DNA of 64,000 nucleotides from a virus: IMG/VR virus record IMGVR_UViG_3300045911_000155, positions 16,561 through 80,560 of that record, one strand, 5' to 3'. A model generated the notes under the pieces. The model saw nothing but the letters and a program-made list of their open reading frames with translations, was not told the DNA's origin and made no database searches. The translations under genes were made by a program, and so were the position numbers. Numbering within the stretch: position 1 is the first letter of the stretch; the number at the start of each line of letters is the position of its first letter. This document shows positions 53,399-62,532 of this stretch, in pieces.

Positions 53399-55729
53399 TT
53401 AGAACTTGCCGACAACTTCGGAGAAGTCAACACCCGTGCGCACCGCGATGAAGTTCAACTGAATGTAGTTGATCGACCGGGCGGGCTTGATGTAGATATC
53501 GCCAACGAAGCGGTTGCTGTCGATGACTTCCGGTGTGTTGTTCGTGCCGTCGCAGACCACGCGGAAGGCGTAGATACCACGGCGTCCCTGAACGTCGCGC
53601 AAGTACGGTTCCACCATCGCCACGAACTGTGCGCGGGTGAAGTCGTCGTTGAACTCGAACAGGGTGTACTTTGCAGCGCGTGTGATCGCCTTGCGGAGCA
53701 CAATGAACAAGCGGCGGACATTGATACGGTCGAACGCGGACGGCTTCGTCAACATCGTCTTGTCGCCGAACAACAGCGTACCCTGACCACGCTCAGTCAT
53801 GACACTGTTGATGCCGTTCTGATAAAGTTGATCGCGGTAAGCCTTCTTCGGGTTGAACGCCAAGCGAACGACGTTCTTCATGATGCCCCGGTTGTAACCG
53901 GCGGGCGACCACCAAGCGTCGCGTTCGTCGTCGGTGCGGGCGCAAAGGCCAGCCACGTCGCCGTTCAACGGGACCCAACGGTACACGTCGTTGTACACGT
54001 CATACATTTCCTTCCATCCGCTGTCGATCACGCCGTAAGACGTGGACGGCAACAGGTTGCGGAATGCAATGATGTCATCGACTTCGTGACCGAAGTTGTT
54101 GACAACTGCCACACGCGGCGGGCTGAGCAACACGATACAATCCTTGCGGAATTCGCAGATGTCAATCAGCTTCATCGCCACCGTGGAGTTCGCCGGGCCA
54201 CCAAGGACCAAGCTGATGTCCACTTCTTCGACCGACCGGAACTCTTCGTAACCCAAGATGTACTCTTGAGTCGTCACGTTCGCATTGTCGTCCACACCAC
54301 CGGCCAAGTTGTAGGTAAGCACGCCACCGGTCACAGCCGAAACCGTGCCAGTCGCAGTCGAAGTCAAACCAACCGGAACTGATCCGTTCACGAATGCCTT
54401 CTTGGTCGGCTTGATCTTCAGGGTCGGAGTGGTCCAGTTCAGCACCTTACCTTCAACCGGCAAGTAGTTCGATCCACCGTTCGTCACAGCGACAGCCGTA
54501 ACCGCGCCGGTCGAAATCGTGGCCGTAGCCGTAGCGCCGGTACCGGGTCCCGTGATAACAATGTTCGGCGCGCCCGTGTAACCAGAACCGCCCGACGTGA
54601 CCGCAATCGACAAGATCGCGCCCGTGTCAGCGTCCAGCACCGGCGAAACCGTTGCACCCGAACCAGCCGGGGTGATCGTCACCGTAGCGTTCGTGTAACC
54701 GGAACCGCCCGAAGTGACCGCAATCGCAGTGACGCCGCCACCAGAAACCGTAGCCGTCGCCGTAGCGCCGGTACCGTCACCAGTGATCGTAACAATCGGA
54801 GCGCCGCTGTAGAGCGTACCCGGAGCGGTCACCGTGATCGTGTCAACCGCGCCCGCGTTCAAGTTGGCAGTGGCCGTTGCACCGGAACCCGGCGAAACCA
54901 CCGTCACATTGATGGCGTAGCGAACAGTCTCCCCGACTTGGAACGTGCCAGACGGAGTGTTCAGCGTCAACACTGTGTCCAAAGTCGTGAATGCGTTGCT
55001 CAGAGGACCGCCCCAATTCGAGGAAGTCGGGTGATCCATCCACCAGATCCAGCGGCTCTTGCGGTTGATGACTTCAGCGTAGTACTGCGAAGAACCGTCT
55101 TCAGTCTTAGCCAGCGCCGCCTTGCTCAAGAACGGATACCGTTCAAGAACCGTACCAGCCACGCCAGTCAGCTTGCCGTCCTTGTCCACGACAACAACGT
55201 GAACTTCATCGTTCGTGCCGCCGTTGTCAGCGACCGACTTGGAAGTGCCGGGGATGCCGTCAAAATTGTCTTTGTATGCCCATGTATCGAAGCTGTTTAC
55301 GTCAGCGACCGACACACGAATGCTGTTGCCAAGCGTACCGGGGTAGCGCGCGGCCCACATACCAACCGCGCCCTGACCAGAAGCATACTGCCCAAGGTAG
55401 TGATCGCGATTCTTGATGAGGATACCGGCTCCATCCGCCGTCGAATTCTTGTGGGGAGTCAATCCCGTCGTCGAAATTGCACGGACGACATACAGAGAAT
55501 TCGTGTATGCAAGGAAGCTAGATGCTGTAAACCACGTTTCAGCGCACAGATTGTCGGGGGTGCCAAAGTAATCACGCAACGTCAGTTCACTGTCAACCAA
55601 CGTGCGCTCTTGAACCGGACCCCACCGAAACGGACCCGCAATCGCGCCGGTCGATGTGGATACCGCCGGGATGATTGTCGTCAGGTCGATTTCTGTAGCG
55701 TTAATACCGGGTGAGAGGAATTGTGCCAT
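53399..55729 (-). CDS. gp18: Tail sheath protein (gp18) with repeat-domain insertion
   Basis: SPG..EIDLT, WGP, WSPAGYNRG, AFDRINVRRLF, IKPARSINYI. Confidence 0.97.
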   Translation of the reverse strand: MAQFLSPGINATEIDLTTIIPAVSTSTGAIAGPFRWGPVQERTLVDSELTLRDYFGTPDNLCAETWFTASSFLAYTNSLYVVRAISTTGLTPHKNSTADGAGILIKNRDHYLGQYASGQGAVGMWAARYPGTLGNSIRVSVADVNSFDTWAYKDNFDGIPGTSKSVADNGGTNDEVHVVVVDKDGKLTGVAGTVLERYPFLSKAALAKTEDGSSQYYAEVINRKSRWIWWMDHPTSSNWGGPLSNAFTTLDTVLTLNTPSGTFQVGETVRYAINVTVVSPGSGATATANLNAGAVDTITVTAPGTLYSGAPIVTITGDGTGATATATVSGGGVTAIAVTSGGSGYTNATVTITPAGSGATVSPVLDADTGAILSIAVTSGGSGYTGAPNIVITGPGTGATATATISTGAVTAVAVTNGGSNYLPVEGKVLNWTTPTLKIKPTKKAFVNGSVPVGLTSTATGTVSAVTGGVLTYNLAGGVDDNANVTTQEYILGYEEFRSVEEVDISLVLGGPANSTVAMKLIDICEFRKDCIVLLSPPRVAVVNNFGHEVDDIIAFRNLLPSTSYGVIDSGWKEMYDVYNDVYRWVPLNGDVAGLCARTDDERDAWWSPAGYNRGIMKNVVRLAFNPKKAYRDQLYQNGINSVMTERGQGTLLFGDKTMLTKPSAFDRINVRRLFIVLRKAITRAAKYTLFEFNDDFTRAQFVAMVEPYLRDVQGRRGIYAFRVVCDGTNNTPEVIDSNRFVGDIYIKPARSINYIQLNFIAVRTGVDFSEVVGKF

Positions 55730-55806
55730 TGCCTTTTTCTCCTAGAACTTGAAGAGACTTGTTCGTCAATTGATATTTAGGTTTCCCGCCGCTTTTGCCG
55801 GTCTAC

Positions 55807-58353
55807 TTAGACGACAAACCGTTCCACGGGCGGCGGTTGGGGCCGTCCGTCGTCGTAAAACCCAAACGGCATCACATCCTCTTCGATCAACTGATCTTGT
55901 TCGGCTCGAAGGGCGGCTTGAATATCCTGATCCATCAGGTCCTTGAAGTACCGCTGATTGATGAGCCATGCGAACGAAACCAAACACATGACCAAATCGT
56001 CATGCGATCCCGGTTCCGCCTGATAGGAACTCTTGACCGACACGAACCGGCGCAATTCATCAATCGTGTCTTTGTCACAGATCAACAACTTGTCAGATTC
56101 GATCAACGCTTTCAGGTTCGAGCACCCGACCGCCTTGACCTTCCGGTCCATTTCGACGCCCAACTTGACGGACGTACCGAATCCGCCACCGATGATCTGA
56201 CCCAAACCGGCCCGGCGGGTGGTCATCAGGATGTTTTCATACTCCAGATCGTCGCGGAGTGCCCGCGCCACGTCGCCGCCATTGTTGTTCGATTCGATCA
56301 ACACGAAGGCTTCGTTATAGGCATTCGCCAGCAACAGGATCATGTCCGGCACCCGAAGGGGTGACATCATGTTCGTCCGCCACTTGGCGACCATCTTGTA
56401 TGGATAAGCTGTCACGTCCACGACGACCGCCGCATGGTAGTCCCCGCCATCGCCTTTCGACACGTCCACACAGATGATGTACGTGTGGTCCTTCTCCGGT
56501 CCATAGAAGACATCCACACCTTCCCGGCTCGAAATCGGACTCATATCCGTCAACGTCGCCAATTTCCAATCAGCGATCAGCGTGTTTGTGGAACCGAGAA
56601 ATTCGCATTCATATTCTTGCTGGAATTTCTTCTCTCCATCCGCGCCCATGTTCGCGATGGTCTTTTCCCGCCAAGCGTCATCGTGTCCCGGCCAGTCTGA
56701 CCAGTGGACCCCGAACGGAACATATTGGTTCTGCCCCGTCGCGGCTTTCTGCCAGATCGAATGAAACAGGTTCATCCCTTTCGGCGTGCTGACGATGAAA
56801 ATCTTGGTGTTCTCACCGGACGAAATTGTCGGATACACTGAAGTGAAGAACTCATCGGCGATGTTGTTTGGCAAGAAAGCGAACTCATCCAACAACAACA
56901 TGTTGATCGACAGACCACGGATAGCACTGGACGACGTGGCAGATGCGATCACCTTGCTGTTGTTCTCCAGAAGGATCGAACTCTTGTTCCATTCGACGAC
57001 CCCTTGCTGAAGCCACTTGGGAAGATGTTCATAGGCCAGCTTTAACCGGCTCAAAAGTTCGCGGGCAGTCGTTTGCTTGTTTGCCAAGATCGCGACCGAC
57101 AGTTCCGGTGTGAAGAGGATTTGGTGAAGAAGAAAAGCGATCAGTGTGGTAGATTTACCGCACTGACGCGGGCAATTGTGTGTGACGATGCCAGTGTTAC
57201 CACACAAGAACAAATGGTCTTTCGTATCGATCATGAGACATCGGACCATTAGCGGATCAATACGCTCTACCGATTTGATGTAGTGGTATGGGTAAGAAAC
57301 CGAAAAATCCTGTTTTGCTTGCTTGCGCGCAAGTCTAAAAACGGGCAACGATGTTTTGAAATTGATCTTCCAGCTATTCGTTTCAGGACAATCGTTCACA
57401 AAAGATTGAATCCCCAAACTAGTCAGTAGCAAGCGAACTTGCTCAACGATATGCTTCTTCGATTGAGAGAATGAACAATTACTCGACGATACCGTTCCGT
57501 CCGAATCCATCAATCCTTGCAATAGAGCTAACCGCTGTTCGACTGAACCGAACAAGTATTCGTGAGGAATGTGTTTGTTTTCTAGCACGCCTAGCGCCCG
57601 CAGAGACGTGCGAATACCTTGAACAGTAACGCGGGTCGTATTTGAGTTGGTCGAATGTGGTGCGACTGTATATTCCATCCCATGTAGGTTTTGGATGAAT
57701 GCCGACAAATCATCTTGATGAACCGTGAAGCGACCACCACCAGAATCCCCATCCCCAAGCCAATAACCGAAGAGATACGGGTCCAAGACTTGACTTTGCT
57801 TCGGCAGATTCCAAGGCTTACTTAATGGAATCCGTAGTGTTTTGCCGCCAGAAACAACATGATCGTAGATTTCGGTTGTGGTACATTCTCTTGCTTCAGG
57901 CCATGTATTTTGTTCAACGGCCCATAGATGATCGCCGTCAGCATCGATAAATTCACCGTTGTCGAAATGGATACGATAGGCGGTTTCAGACAGACGTGGC
58001 TCCGTCACTTCACTAACCAGCGCAAGGTTTCCATCGGGCGTTAGCACGTAATCACCGGGCACGATATCGCCCATCGTTTTCATCCCATTCGCGGTCGGAA
58101 CAGGAGTATTGGTAGACAACGGCTTGGCAACCACGAATCGATTCTTGACCAGTGTTTCGATCAGGCGTTGCTGATACGGGAAAGGTTCAAATGGCACCAA
58201 ACCCTTGTCAAGATTGATGATCTTCACGTAGTTGGCGATGAAGTAGATCGGGTCCTTCGCACACCGAACGTACTCCTGAATCTGCTGTGGTGTGTACTCG
58301 ACCTCTACTCCGCGCGCCTTCAAATTTGCGTTTGCGTTGTATGTAATTGACAC
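55807..58353 (-). CDS. gp17: Terminase large subunit (gp17), intein-containing
   Basis: GTG start after CTAAATA; RQCGKST, LDEFAF, STPKG, QEYECEF, HDDLVM. Confidence 0.96.
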   Translation of the reverse strand: MSITYNANANLKARGVEVEYTPQQIQEYVRCAKDPIYFIANYVKIINLDKGLVPFEPFPYQQRLIETLVKNRFVVAKPLSTNTPVPTANGMKTMGDIVPGDYVLTPDGNLALVSEVTEPRLSETAYRIHFDNGEFIDADGDHLWAVEQNTWPEARECTTTEIYDHVVSGGKTLRIPLSKPWNLPKQSQVLDPYLFGYWLGDGDSGGGRFTVHQDDLSAFIQNLHGMEYTVAPHSTNSNTTRVTVQGIRTSLRALGVLENKHIPHEYLFGSVEQRLALLQGLMDSDGTVSSSNCSFSQSKKHIVEQVRLLLTSLGIQSFVNDCPETNSWKINFKTSLPVFRLARKQAKQDFSVSYPYHYIKSVERIDPLMVRCLMIDTKDHLFLCGNTGIVTHNCPRQCGKSTTLIAFLLHQILFTPELSVAILANKQTTARELLSRLKLAYEHLPKWLQQGVVEWNKSSILLENNSKVIASATSSSAIRGLSINMLLLDEFAFLPNNIADEFFTSVYPTISSGENTKIFIVSTPKGMNLFHSIWQKAATGQNQYVPFGVHWSDWPGHDDAWREKTIANMGADGEKKFQQEYECEFLGSTNTLIADWKLATLTDMSPISSREGVDVFYGPEKDHTYIICVDVSKGDGGDYHAAVVVDVTAYPYKMVAKWRTNMMSPLRVPDMILLLANAYNEAFVLIESNNNGGDVARALRDDLEYENILMTTRRAGLGQIIGGGFGTSVKLGVEMDRKVKAVGCSNLKALIESDKLLICDKDTIDELRRFVSVKSSYQAEPGSHDDLVMCLVSFAWLINQRYFKDLMDQDIQAALRAEQDQLIEEDVMPFGFYDDGRPQPPPVERFVV
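57175..58122 (-). mobile_element. Class 3 (Pro1, WCT) intein with LAGLIDADG homing endonuclease, 316 aa
   Basis: K|PLSTNTPVPT...DGDHLW...YWLGDG...GLMDSDG...VRCLMID...VTHN|C; lower GC than flanks. Confidence 0.9.
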
Positions 58354-58660
58354 GCCGTTATTTAGCGTTTGTAAGGTGTTCCAGATCCCCACACCACCGG
58401 CGAAGTATGCTAAATTAGATAGACAGACCAGACCTACCATCAGGAAAAGGAGACACGAACGCAACGATGAAACGTTAATGGATGGCCGGAAGAAGCCACG
58501 GAAGCACGACGGCTGAAATGGCATAAGAACGGCTTGACAAAACACGGCAGAGTCGCCAAGTTGGTTGCCTTAACCACACGGGTCAATTCCCTAGACCACA
58601 TCCCACACAAAGGCACCCGGCAAAAAGGCTCAAAAACTTTTTGAACGGAGGTTCTGAACC

Positions 58661-59149
58661 ATGAAGCTATTTCGGCTTCTGTTGGCTATTTGTGTTTTCA
58701 GTTGGTTCTTGAATGCACAAAATGCAGACGCGCGCATCGTGCGTCTGGAAGAGTACTTGCGCGCATACCATAGCCCGGTGGCACATCTTGCGCCGGTTTT
58801 CATTGACATCGCAGATCAGAAAGGATTGGACTGGCGGCTTCTTCCGGCGTTGGCGATTGTAGAGTCCAGCGCGGGCAAATCCATGCGCCATAACAATCTG
58901 TTCGGATGGGCATCCAGGAACAAAAAGTTCACCAGCGCGGAGCAATCTATCCAAATCGTCGGAGATGCTTTAGGGACCGCCCGGTGGTACAAGTCAAAAA
59001 CATTCGTCGCGGCGATGCGGACATATAATCCGGCCAACCGATCCTACCCGGAGAAAGTGCGGCACGCCATGTTGCAAATCGACAACGCTCCGGTCGGAAC
59101 AATGCTCGTTCAACCCAATCAAGTCGCTGACGCAAAGATGCCTGAATAA
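58661..59149 (+). CDS. Secreted lysozyme-superfamily (glucosaminidase/SLT-like) hydrolase
   Basis: Signal peptide; DWRLLPALAIVESS, NNLFGW, YNP; GGAGG RBS. Confidence 0.8.
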   Translation: MKLFRLLLAICVFSWFLNAQNADARIVRLEEYLRAYHSPVAHLAPVFIDIADQKGLDWRLLPALAIVESSAGKSMRHNNLFGWASRNKKFTSAEQSIQIVGDALGTARWYKSKTFVAAMRTYNPANRSYPEKVRHAMLQIDNAPVGTMLVQPNQVADAKMPE

Positions 59150-59191
59150 AATCTTTCGCATTTCACGGAACCTAGGGTATGATTGTGACAT

Positions 59192-60232
59192 ATGAAGGCT
59201 GGTTCCGCCACCGCACCCTACACAGATGCCGTTTCTGCAATTCGACACATCGAAAATGCAACGACGGCATCTTTTCTCTTTGGTGCTGACCCTGAAAAAA
59301 CATACCGGATATTGGCACAATTGGTCCACCCGGACAAATTGGCGACGCAACCCGCCGCGATGCAAAAACGGGGAAATGATGCATTCGCCAAACTCAGTCA
59401 AATGTACGCGGCACTCAACGGCAAGACCGCACCAGTCGCGCCCGTTGTCTTCGGAAAGTGGATCGTCGAAAATCCCATCACCAGCGGAGACATCGCAGAC
59501 CTTTACCAGATCACGGCCAGCACCCACAAACGCGCCGTCCTGAAGATCGCCCGATCCCACGGCGACAACGATCTGATGGACCGGGAAATCGCCGCTCTCA
59601 AGACACTGCAAAGTGACACCCGCTCCGACAAATTCAAGCACTACATTCCCCAAGCCATCGACAGCTTCAAAGCATCCAATCGCCGCGCGGTCGTTCTCAG
59701 TATGGCTGAAGCGGAACTCCGGGAAGGCGGATTCGAACCGATGGTGTCGCTCGAACAGATCACATCGATCAAAGGGAAGCTGGACATGCGGCATGTTGTC
59801 TGGATGACAAACCGGCTCCTGTCGGCTTTAGGATTCGTCCACAACAACGGAATCGTTCATGGTGCCATTGTGCCGCCACACCTGATGTACGGGCCGCTCT
59901 CACACACTTTAATGCTGGTAGATTGGTGCTATTCTATTGATGTGACGGCACCGACACACATTCCAGCTATCGTAAAGAACTACAAAGCGTGGTACCCACG
60001 GGAAGTATTGCGAAAAGAAAAACCGACTCCCGCGACCGACATTTTCATGTGGGCCATGATGGTACGGAACACGGCGGAAACCATTCCAACCCGGTTCAAA
60101 GGGTTGCTTGATTGGTGTTTGGCCGATTCTGCAAAAACACGTCCACAAAACGCTTGGGACGTACAAGATAAATGGGGTAAATTGGCACAAGAAGAATTCA
60201 GAAAGCCACGTTACCTCAAACTCACTCTCTAA
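59192..60232 (+). CDS. J-like domain plus Ser/Thr kinase-fold protein (pseudokinase)
   Basis: YRILAQLVHPD; LKIA, VHGAIVP, LVDWCYS, DIF. Confidence 0.8.
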   Translation: MKAGSATAPYTDAVSAIRHIENATTASFLFGADPEKTYRILAQLVHPDKLATQPAAMQKRGNDAFAKLSQMYAALNGKTAPVAPVVFGKWIVENPITSGDIADLYQITASTHKRAVLKIARSHGDNDLMDREIAALKTLQSDTRSDKFKHYIPQAIDSFKASNRRAVVLSMAEAELREGGFEPMVSLEQITSIKGKLDMRHVVWMTNRLLSALGFVHNNGIVHGAIVPPHLMYGPLSHTLMLVDWCYSIDVTAPTHIPAIVKNYKAWYPREVLRKEKPTPATDIFMWAMMVRNTAETIPTRFKGLLDWCLADSAKTRPQNAWDVQDKWGKLAQEEFRKPRYLKLTL

Positions 60233-60253
60233 CCAACAAGGAAAATCAAACAT

Positions 60254-61258
60254 ATGGGCGGAACATCATTCTCCCGCGACGATTACGATGCACGCGAAGA
60301 CTACCGTAGCAGCACCGGCACAACGGCATTCACTTACGATGCCGATGTGCGGGCCGGAAAAGCCATCGGCGTACACGATCAAATGAACCCCTTCGGGGTG
60401 AAGTATCGCGAATCCCGCGACTCCCCGGAACACCCGATCACCATCCCTATTGGCGTGTCGATGGATCTGACCGGCTCCATGTCCACGGTGCCGAAGATTT
60501 TCCAGAAGGCCCTTGCGAAGTTGATGGGTCACTTTCTCGAAGACAAGGCCAGCGGCAAGCGCTACCTTGGCGAAGGATACCCGGCCATCTGTATCGCGGG
60601 GCACGACGACTACGCGGCGATGGGCGGCGTGCAAGGCACCGTTCAGGTGGGTCAGTTTGAATCCGGCCTTGAAATCGACGACGATCTTGGGCGGCTGTGG
60701 TTCACTGGCAATGGCGGCGGCGGCGAACCCCGTGAAAGCTACGAACTGATGCTATACTTCTTCGCCCGGCACACGGCAACTGACCATTGGGAGAAGCGCG
60801 GTCGCAAAGGCTTCCTGTTCCTCTTCGGGGATGAAAAGGCTTACGCCCCGGTGAAAGCCGAACAAGTCCGGGCGCTCTTCGGCGACCAAATCGACAAGGA
60901 CATTCCGATTAAAGACATTGTGCGGGAATGCTCCGAACGCTGGCACATTTTCTATGTACAGCCAAACATGACTTCCCACTGGCAGGAAGAACGCATCCTC
61001 AATTTCTGGCGCGAAACCATCAACCCGGAACACGTTCTCTTGCTGGACGACCCGAACAAGATTTGCGAACTCATCGTCTCTACGGTCGCGCTGTTCGAAG
61101 AGAACGCGGATCTGGCTGACCTGACCGCCGATGGTATCGCCACCGGGCTGGACAAGGCTCTTGTGCCGCTCTCCCGCAAGGTTGGCGACATCAGTAAGTA
61201 CGATGCGTCCGGTCTTCCGGCGACAACTTCGACCAGCGGTGGTACCGAACGCCTGTGA
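60254..61258 (+). CDS. vWA-domain protein
   Basis: DLTGSM MIDAS, QFES, GGGG..ESY, FGDE. Confidence 0.85.
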   Translation: MGGTSFSRDDYDAREDYRSSTGTTAFTYDADVRAGKAIGVHDQMNPFGVKYRESRDSPEHPITIPIGVSMDLTGSMSTVPKIFQKALAKLMGHFLEDKASGKRYLGEGYPAICIAGHDDYAAMGGVQGTVQVGQFESGLEIDDDLGRLWFTGNGGGGEPRESYELMLYFFARHTATDHWEKRGRKGFLFLFGDEKAYAPVKAEQVRALFGDQIDKDIPIKDIVRECSERWHIFYVQPNMTSHWQEERILNFWRETINPEHVLLLDDPNKICELIVSTVALFEENADLADLTADGIATGLDKALVPLSRKVGDISKYDASGLPATTSTSGGTERL

Positions 61259-62532
61259 TTCCACACGCACACATTGTAGCCGGGCTGACCTTCGGCGACG
61301 AAGGCAAGGGAACGTCGGTGGACTACCTTGCCCGGCTACATGGTGCGAATCTTGTTGTACGATACAACGGCGGGCCGCAATGCGCTCACAATGTCGTATT
61401 GCCTGACGGACGCCACCATACGTTCGCTCAGTTCGGGTCCGCCTATTTTGTGGTCGGGGTGAAGACCTACCTGTCCCGTCACATGCTTGTAGAACCATTC
61501 GCCTTACTCAATGAGGCCAAGACTCTACAGTCGGTGAACGGCGATAATCCTTTCGACAGGATCATCATTGATGAGGACTGTCTAGTCATCACTCCGTTCC
61601 ACTGGCTCATGAATCGTTGCCGGGAATCCCTTCGCGGTGATAATCGGCACGGTTCATGCGGCCACGGCGTCGGAGAAGCCCGCGCCGATCTATTGTCCGG
61701 CAAAACATCCCTCTTCGTCCGCGATCTCAAAAACCCCGCAATCACCGAAACCAAACTACAGTTGATCCGTAGCGAAAAAATTGATGCAATCCGCCGCTAC
61801 GACATCGATCCAGAAACTCTTGACAATCGATCCGTCGAGGCCATCTACAACGAAAACGTCCGCGCGCTGTGCCACATCTACCGGGACTTCCGCTCCCGTT
61901 TCGAGTTTGGCACCACCGACCGGCTGAAAGAAATGCTCACCAAGTCGGTGTCGATCTTCGAAGGGGCACAAGGCGTCCTTCTGGACGAACGGTATGGGTT
62001 TGCTCCCTACTACACATGGACCGATACAACCTTCGGTAACGCCCATGAACTTCTGAACGACACCGGCGTCGAATCCACACGTATCGGTGTGTTGCGTACC
62101 ATCTTGACCCGCCACGGTGCCGGGCCGTTCCCTACCGAATCAGAACAGGTCCGCTATGACGGCGACCACAATACAACGAACGAATGGCAGGGACGCTTCC
62201 GTTTCGGACACATGGACATGCTGATGCTGAAATATGCTATGCGCGCCGCCGGGCCGGTCGATTCACTCTTCCTGACCCATCTGGACAAGATCCCCGGTAT
62301 GATGACGCGGTACTGTGTGTCCTATCAAGACATGGACGCTATTCCCTTTGGTGTGTCTACGAATCGGCTCATGAACGCGGAACCGAAACAATACGACTAC
62401 ACCAAAAACATAACGCGCACCCTAGAGGATCATCTAGGAGTGCGCGTCGGGTATACTTCGTCTGGTCCGACCTATCAGGAGAAGACTAATCTTCTCCCAT
62501 CAATGTTCCAATCCGCAAAACCTCTGCTTTAA
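61255..62532 (+). CDS. Adenylosuccinate synthetase-like protein
   Basis: FGDEGKG, RYNGG, FEGAQG, TRHGAGPFPTE. Confidence 0.88.
   Translation: MIPHAHIVAGLTFGDEGKGTSVDYLARLHGANLVVRYNGGPQCAHNVVLPDGRHHTFAQFGSAYFVVGVKTYLSRHMLVEPFALLNEAKTLQSVNGDNPFDRIIIDEDCLVITPFHWLMNRCRESLRGDNRHGSCGHGVGEARADLLSGKTSLFVRDLKNPAITETKLQLIRSEKIDAIRRYDIDPETLDNRSVEAIYNENVRALCHIYRDFRSRFEFGTTDRLKEMLTKSVSIFEGAQGVLLDERYGFAPYYTWTDTTFGNAHELLNDTGVESTRIGVLRTILTRHGAGPFPTESEQVRYDGDHNTTNEWQGRFRFGHMDMLMLKYAMRAAGPVDSLFLTHLDKIPGMMTRYCVSYQDMDAIPFGVSTNRLMNAEPKQYDYTKNITRTLEDHLGVRVGYTSSGPTYQEKTNLLPSMFQSAKPLL

Noticed and set aside
58354-58545. N-terminal extension of terminase in the ORF track
   Set aside because: The late promoter CTAAATA and the gp17-like N-terminus place the start at GTG 58353
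58380-58655. Riboswitch upstream of the cell-wall hydrolase
   Set aside because: Long leader with TTGACA, but no motif or stable fold I can support; needs an Rfam search
61255-62532. PurZ / Z-genome pathway (with MazG as MazZ)
   Set aside because: Catalytic Asp is retained (GDEGKG rather than the Ser-containing PurZ motif); MazG is about 49 kb away and no DatZ is adjacent
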